From Octopus bimaculoides (Eukaryota): a stretch of DNA of 64,000 nucleotides. The notes beneath the pieces were generated by a model, which saw nothing but the letters and a program-made list of their open reading frames with translations, ran no database searches and had not been told where the DNA came from. The stretch spans positions 133,709,709 to 133,773,708 of the forward strand of contig NC_068984.1 of the NCBI RefSeq assembly GCF_001194135.2, read 5' to 3'. The translations under genes and the position numbers were made by a program. This document shows, in pieces, positions 63,690 through 64,000 of this stretch (position 1 is the first letter of the stretch; the number at the start of each line of letters is the position of its first letter).

Positions 63690-64000
63690 GGAGGCGCAAT
63701 GGCCCAGTGATTAGGGCAGCGGACTCGCGGTCATAGGATCGCGGTTTCGATCCCCAGACCGGGCGTTGTGAGTGTTTATTGAGCGAAAAACACCTAAAAG
63801 CTCCACGAGGCTCCGGCAGGGGATGGTGGCGAACCCTGCTGTACTCTTTCACCACAACTTTCTCTCACTCTTACTTCCTGTTTCTGTTGTGCCTGTAATT
63901 CAAAGGGTCAGCCTTGTCACACTCTGTGTCATGCTGAATATCCCCGAGAACTACGTTAAGGGTACACGTGTCTGTGGAGTGCTCAGCCACTTGCACGTTA
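63690..64000 (+). mobile_element. Same SINE family, truncated by the window edge
   Basis: Nearly identical to the 59601 copy. Confidence 0.85.

Noticed and set aside
1-64000. CRISPR arrays, rRNA genes, prokaryotic operon-type systems
   Set aside because: The sequence is eukaryotic and intron-rich. The repeats are dispersed or tandem, without repeat-spacer structure.

Overview
AT-rich, repeat-dense animal genomic DNA with five assembly gaps. The SINE families resemble those I recognise from octopus/coleoid cephalopods, so the species is inferred. I reconstructed five intron-containing housekeeping genes by hand, all with GT-AG junctions and consistent frames: the 3' 28 exons of MSH6 (+), FAU/eS30 (-), RNF8 (+), RPS29/uS14 (-) and mitochondrial EF-G2 GFM2 (-). 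The order is MSH6-><-FAU, RNF8-><-RPS29, <-GFM2. FAU and RPS29 are absent from the supplied ORF track. Introns and intergenic DNA hold three or four tRNA-derived SINE types, decayed fragments of four LINE clades, and piggyBac-, mariner-, hAT- and possibly Merlin-type non-autonomous DNA elements. I found no CRISPR, rRNA or true tRNA gene and no clearly new multi-gene system. The best leads are: (i) a 53-bp near-perfect palindrome with an 8-bp flanking duplication in the predicted FAU core promoter, whose apparent parent element begins 2.3 kb away; (ii) a Ser (AGT) at the normally conserved Gly of RPS29, which one A-to-I edit would restore; (iii) MSH6 and FAU stop codons only 127 nt apart; (iv) a foldback element with telomere-type repeats in its centre.
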